From Candidatus Atribacteria bacterium (lineage in GTDB: Bacteria > Bipolaricaulota > Bipolaricaulia > UBA7950 > UBA9294), in the NCBI GenBank assembly GCA_004525685.1, contig SPBW01000002.1, forward strand, positions 1 through 40,191: a stretch of DNA of 40,191 nt, in the 5' to 3' direction. Shown here in pieces: positions 36,440 to 40,191 of this stretch. The translations under genes and the position numbers were made by a program. Position 1 is the stretch's first letter. The number at the start of each line of letters is the position of its first letter. Below the pieces are notes generated by a model. The model was not told the origin of the DNA, ran no database searches, and saw only the letters and a program-made list of their open reading frames with translations.

Positions 36440-39400
36440 TAAGCAGTTCCCCCTTCTTGTTGAACAAAGTGTGGTAGATACTGGCAATCAGATCGAATGG
36501 CACTCAACAAGAGCGCCATCTCGACGGCGGGCCGAAGAGAGATCGTTCCCGCGGACGTAGCGCTGACTTGGCTTTCGATGACGGCGAAGTCCGAATCCAG
36601 TGTCAAACGAGCATCCGGTGTTTCGTAGATCCACTGGCCGCCCGGAGCCGCCCGGAGCTTGGTGGTTGCGCCGGCTGCTCGACTGGAAATGCCGTCGGCA
36701 TGAATCCAATACGCATTATCAGTCTCGACCTCGAACGTCTTAGAATCGAGGAAGAGCCTCGGCTTGTCGCGATAGGGCTTGCCTTGATGCACACAGAATG
36801 TGGCGCAATTGCCACACTCGTTGCAAAGGTCGTCGATGTGGACAATCTGGCGCGATTGGCTAATGCGAATGCGTTCGATCGCGACAGGCTGGAGAGTCCC
36901 ACCAGACATCTCAAGCACAGGGTAGTCGCCTTTCAACGGCGTGATTCGAATCCCTATGTTGGCCCGGTTGGGACAGACATCGACGCACTTGTCACACAAG
37001 AGTTGACATTGTAGGCAGCGCCCGGCTTCGACAGCGGCTTCTTCTCGCGTGAATGTGGCCTCGACAAGATCAAATCCCTGCCGTTGGCCTGGTTCAAGGA
37101 ATGACGGCTGGCGCTGAGGTGATTGCTGTGCCCTCAATGCCTTGAGTTCGCCGAAGTCCACATCATCCAAACCGAACTGCGGAAGTGCAGGAGGTGTGAA
37201 CGCAACGCCTAGCTGATGACAGATGTCGGCGGCCGCCTTCCGCCCATCGGCGCATGCGGCAATGATGATGGCGGGTCCTCTGGTGATATCGCCGCCGGCG
37301 TAGACCTTGTTCAGATTCGTACGGCCGGCTGCACTGACGTCGATGCCGCCATCTGAGGTACGGGCCATGATCGTTGACTTGGCAAGGAAGCTCTTGTCGG
37401 CTGTTTGCCCAATGGCCAGGATGACTGACGATGCAGGTAGGATGAACTCGCTTCCTTTGATAGCGACAGGCCGTCGGCGTCCGTCAGCATCTGGTGCTCC
37501 CAGCTCTGCCCTGAGACACTCCAATCCCGACACTCGGCCGTTCTGCGCGAGAACACGCTGTGGGATGGCCAGTTCTTCAATGCGATTTCCTTCGAGCAGC
37601 AAGTCGTGCAATTCTTCGACTTCGGCGGGCATCTCCGCTTGGGTGCGTCGGTAGACGACGGTTGTCGGGCTGCCCGTCAAACGCTTCGATGTGCGAGCGG
37701 CGTCCATGGCCGTGTTCCCTCCACCGATGACGAGAACGTTGTCGCCCAATTCCGTCTTCTCTCCGCTGGCCTGCCGATTGAGGAAGTCAAGCGCCCCAAT
37801 AACACCAGGCGTGTCTGCGCCCTCGATGCGTAGCGACGCATCATGCACGAAGCCACAGGCCACATACACGGCGGCATAGCCGTCGTCTAGAAGCCCTTCG
37901 GGTGATGCCTCGACCTTGTGATTGCATTGGATGTCGACACCCAGATCGATGATTCGGTTGATGTCAGCGTCGACGGCCGAAGATGGCAGTCTGAACTGAG
38001 GGGCAATGGCCAGCATGCCGCCTGGCCTCTCCTTGGCCTCGAATACCGTCGCATGAATTCCGCTATGTGCGAGGTAGAAGGCAGCCGCGAGGCCAGAGGG
38101 GCCACTGCCGATGATGGCTACTCGATGATCTGACAGCGCTGCCGGATGCAATGCAGCACTCGCATTCTCCATGGCAAAGCGCTTGAGTCGGCGAATGGCA
38201 ACGGAGTCATCGTAGTTGTTACGCGTACAGCGGGTTTGGCACAGATTGGTGCAGACGTGGCCTGTAGAGGCAGGCAGTGGATTGCGATGCAGAATGGACG
38301 CGACGGCCTGATCGACGTCTCCAGCACGAATCCAGTAGGCATAGTCGGGAACATTCTGGCAGACCGCGCACTGTGCCATGCAGGGGGCCTCAATGCAATC
38401 AAATGCCTCCAATTCAGAATCGACCTTGGGAAGCGCGAACGGGTGGTACTGCTTTTTGTATCGAGGGGAGGTGGCCCCATCCTCAACCAGTCGGCCCAGC
38501 GCCTGCTGCGGGTGTTGAGACAGCTGTTCCAGCGAAGAGGCACCGCAAGTGGACATGGCCTCGCGGAGGCTCACGATGTATTGAGAGAAGCGCCCGTAGC
38601 CACCGGGCTTTAAGAGGTCGGACGCGACGGTAATCGGCATCGCGCCAGCTGCAAGTAGATCGACGAGATTCACGGCATCTGCGCCAGCGGAGTAGGATAC
38701 GCGAAGCTCAGGGCCGATGTCTGTGCGTAATTGCTGAAACAGCTGCACAGTGATGGGGAACAGGGCCCGGCCCGACATGTACATCTCGTCTCCAGGCAAA
38801 ACGCCGCGGTGATTGGCCATGGCGAGCGTATTGGACAGCTTGACGCTGAAGACGACGCCGTTTGATTGGGCGGCCGCTTGCATCGATCGAATGAGCTCAA
38901 GTGCCCGGTCATAGGAGAGATCCTTCTCGAACACGGAGTCGGGGATATCGATATCTCTATACCCAAGTGTGCCATGCAGCGTATCGAGCACACGCTCTTT
39001 GCCCAACAGCGTAGGATTGAGCTTGACTGTCGTGTGCAGACCGCGTTCCTCAATAAGGTAGCGGGTGATGCGTTCAATCTCGTCAGGCGGACAGCCGTGC
39101 ATAGTGGAGAGTGTGACGCTATTCACAATCCTGTCAGGGATCTCAATGTCTGCGAACTGCGGATAGCGGCTTTCAAGCATTGATCGAATAGGCGCCAAGT
39201 CCTCGGCCGCATTCTCCAAACGGTTCATGAATCGCTGCATGGGTTCGCTCAAGATGCCCTCAAAGTTATAGCCCACACTCATATTGAAGATCGTGCCGAA
39301 GGGTTCTAGACGTTCAAGCCCCAGCGCACGCCGTAAGACATGGATGAGTGCCCATGCCTTGACATACTCCAAGACGGATTCCTCAAGACGCAACTCCTGC

Positions 39401-39735
39401 GACCACTCTACGTTATAGCCCTCATCTGCCAGATCGATACAGGGCCGCGGAATCTCAAGCTCATCCATGATCTGAACAGTCTTCAGTTCAATGAAACGTC
39501 CGCCTGTCAGCCACGCGCTCAGGATGTTCTGTGTGAGTTGCGTATGCGGACCAGCCGCAGGACCGATGGGAGTAGCCAGGGCGCTGCCAAACAATGTCGT
39601 TCTGAAGGCATCAGTAGCTTGCGGCTTATGAAAGACGGCCTCGTGAATGCCGAATATCGATTGACGGGTCTCGTACTCCTTGAGAATCCAATCAAGGAGA
39701 GACTCAAACGGAACTACGCGCATGTGCTCACTCAT
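36439..39735 (-). CDS. ygfK: YgfK-like multidomain oxidoreductase (DHOD/DPD-like TIM barrel + GltD-like FAD/NAD(P) domains + 2x[4Fe-4S])
   Basis: The N-terminus closely recalls E. coli YgfK (FGIHE...GPAAGPHTQLTQNILSAWLTGGRFIELKTVQ; LSTMHGCPPDEIE). Has Rossmann motifs (VAIIGSGPSGLAAAFYLA; VLVIGGGNTAMDAAR) and Fe-S motifs (CLQCQLLCDKCVDVCPNRAN; CNECGNCATFC). Confidence 0.8.
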   Translation of the reverse strand: MSEHMRVVPFESLLDWILKEYETRQSIFGIHEAVFHKPQATDAFRTTLFGSALATPIGPAAGPHTQLTQNILSAWLTGGRFIELKTVQIMDELEIPRPCIDLADEGYNVEWSQELRLEESVLEYVKAWALIHVLRRALGLERLEPFGTIFNMSVGYNFEGILSEPMQRFMNRLENAAEDLAPIRSMLESRYPQFADIEIPDRIVNSVTLSTMHGCPPDEIERITRYLIEERGLHTTVKLNPTLLGKERVLDTLHGTLGYRDIDIPDSVFEKDLSYDRALELIRSMQAAAQSNGVVFSVKLSNTLAMANHRGVLPGDEMYMSGRALFPITVQLFQQLRTDIGPELRVSYSAGADAVNLVDLLAAGAMPITVASDLLKPGGYGRFSQYIVSLREAMSTCGASSLEQLSQHPQQALGRLVEDGATSPRYKKQYHPFALPKVDSELEAFDCIEAPCMAQCAVCQNVPDYAYWIRAGDVDQAVASILHRNPLPASTGHVCTNLCQTRCTRNNYDDSVAIRRLKRFAMENASAALHPAALSDHRVAIIGSGPSGLAAAFYLAHSGIHATVFEAKERPGGMLAIAPQFRLPSSAVDADINRIIDLGVDIQCNHKVEASPEGLLDDGYAAVYVACGFVHDASLRIEGADTPGVIGALDFLNRQASGEKTELGDNVLVIGGGNTAMDAARTSKRLTGSPTTVVYRRTQAEMPAEVEELHDLLLEGNRIEELAIPQRVLAQNGRVSGLECLRAELGAPDADGRRRPVAIKGSEFILPASSVILAIGQTADKSFLAKSTIMARTSDGGIDVSAAGRTNLNKVYAGGDITRGPAIIIAACADGRKAAADICHQLGVAFTPPALPQFGLDDVDFGELKALRAQQSPQRQPSFLEPGQRQGFDLVEATFTREEAAVEAGRCLQCQLLCDKCVDVCPNRANIGIRITPLKGDYPVLEMSGGTLQPVAIERIRISQSRQIVHIDDLCNECGNCATFCVHQGKPYRDKPRLFLDSKTFEVETDNAYWIHADGISSRAAGATTKLRAAPGGQWIYETPDARLTLDSDFAVIESQVSATSAGTISLRPAVEMALLLSAIRSDCQYLPHFVQQEGGTA

Positions 39736-39751
39736 CGTTTCTTCCTGCCTT

Positions 39752-40191
39752 CTATCCTAAACGTTTCCACAACGAAGCCGCCTGCTCGCGAGCATGGGCG
39801 TAAATGGCTTCCTCATCCAGATCCGCGAACCGGCCTTCTTTGAGAATCCGACGACCTGCGACAAAGGAATCGGTGACTCTCATCGAATGGACGGCTGTGC
39901 CAAACAGCAAGTGCCCCAACACGTTTCCTGCTTCAAACGGCGTTGGTGGCTCGTAGTCCAGCAGGATCAAGTCAGCAGGTGCTCCCACGGCAAGCTGACC
40001 AATCTTGACGCCCAGCAGCCGCCCGGCAATGGCCGGGTTGTTGACAAACAACAGCGAGTACAGGGCATCGAACGAGCCAGCCTGAGGATCGGCGTTGGCG
40101 TGCTTCTGAAGAATGCCTGCAGTGAACAATTCGGCAAGCATGTTCGTACCCAGCCCGTCTGTGCCAAGACCCGTCAGAATGCCGCGCTTGA
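39752..40191 (-). CDS. ssnA: SsnA-like amidohydrolase, 5' end cut by the window edge
   Basis: The reading frame is open to position 40191 (GILTGLGTDGLGTNMLAELF...). The C-terminal amidohydrolase pattern is present (GQLAVGAPADLILLDYEPPTP). Its position directly upstream of ygfK fits. Confidence 0.65.
   Translation of the reverse strand, partial: KRGILTGLGTDGLGTNMLAELFTAGILQKHANADPQAGSFDALYSLLFVNNPAIAGRLLGVKIGQLAVGAPADLILLDYEPPTPFEAGNVLGHLLFGTAVHSMRVTDSFVAGRRILKEGRFADLDEEAIYAHAREQAASLWKRLG

Noticed and set aside
33305-39735. Selenocysteine (in-frame TGA) recoding in the Mo-hydroxylase-type operon
   Set aside because: Every gene is an uninterrupted ORF of the expected length, and no split ORF pairs are joined by TGA.
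1-40191. CRISPR arrays, IS elements, integrases, prophage or toxin-antitoxin modules
   Set aside because: I found no direct-repeat arrays, no transposase/integrase-like translations, and no small paired ORFs in the seven larger (>100 nt) intergenic gaps I checked.

Overview
The window looks like ordinary bacterial chromosome, moderately GC-rich by eye. I saw no rRNA, CRISPR array, IS/transposase, integrase or phage genes. The centre (14.4-23.2 kb, + strand) is the conserved translation/transcription cluster: tRNA-Thr(UGU), tRNA-Tyr, tRNA-Thr(GGU), tuf, rpmG, tRNA-Trp, secE, nusG, rplK, rplA, rplJ, rplL, rpoB.

Two things there are atypical. NusG carries an insertion of about 185 aa. rpoB is not followed by rpoC; it runs straight into Nudix, AhpD-like, kbl, ridA and dipeptidase genes.

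The left arm holds an AAC(3)-GNAT fusion, an AlbA_2/HATPase-type ATP-binding regulator, a small ORF divergent from dinB, and a DUF72 gene. A minus-strand run follows (iorA-iorB, two tandem secreted metallophosphoesterases, an MTH1187-type protein, adenosine deaminase). After it comes a translationally coupled trio: an EF-G paralog, a CBS/ACT protein, and a yjbQ gene disrupted by an in-frame TAG plus a 1-nt frame break.

The right arm holds a two-P-loop kinase-like protein, topA, a short sigma-70, a secreted beta-rich protein, a GNAT and a PKD lipoprotein.

The most accessory-looking locus is at the right edge. It is a tightly coupled minus-strand operon: ssnA (truncated by the window edge), ygfK-like, ThrC-like PLP enzyme, [2Fe-2S] subunit, mocA, FAD subunit. 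This is a YgfK/SsnA-type (selenium-dependent-type) molybdenum-hydroxylase neighbourhood, but no molybdopterin catalytic subunit is in view and an extra PLP enzyme is embedded.

All calls rest on reading the ORF translations and the DNA by eye. No database search was run.
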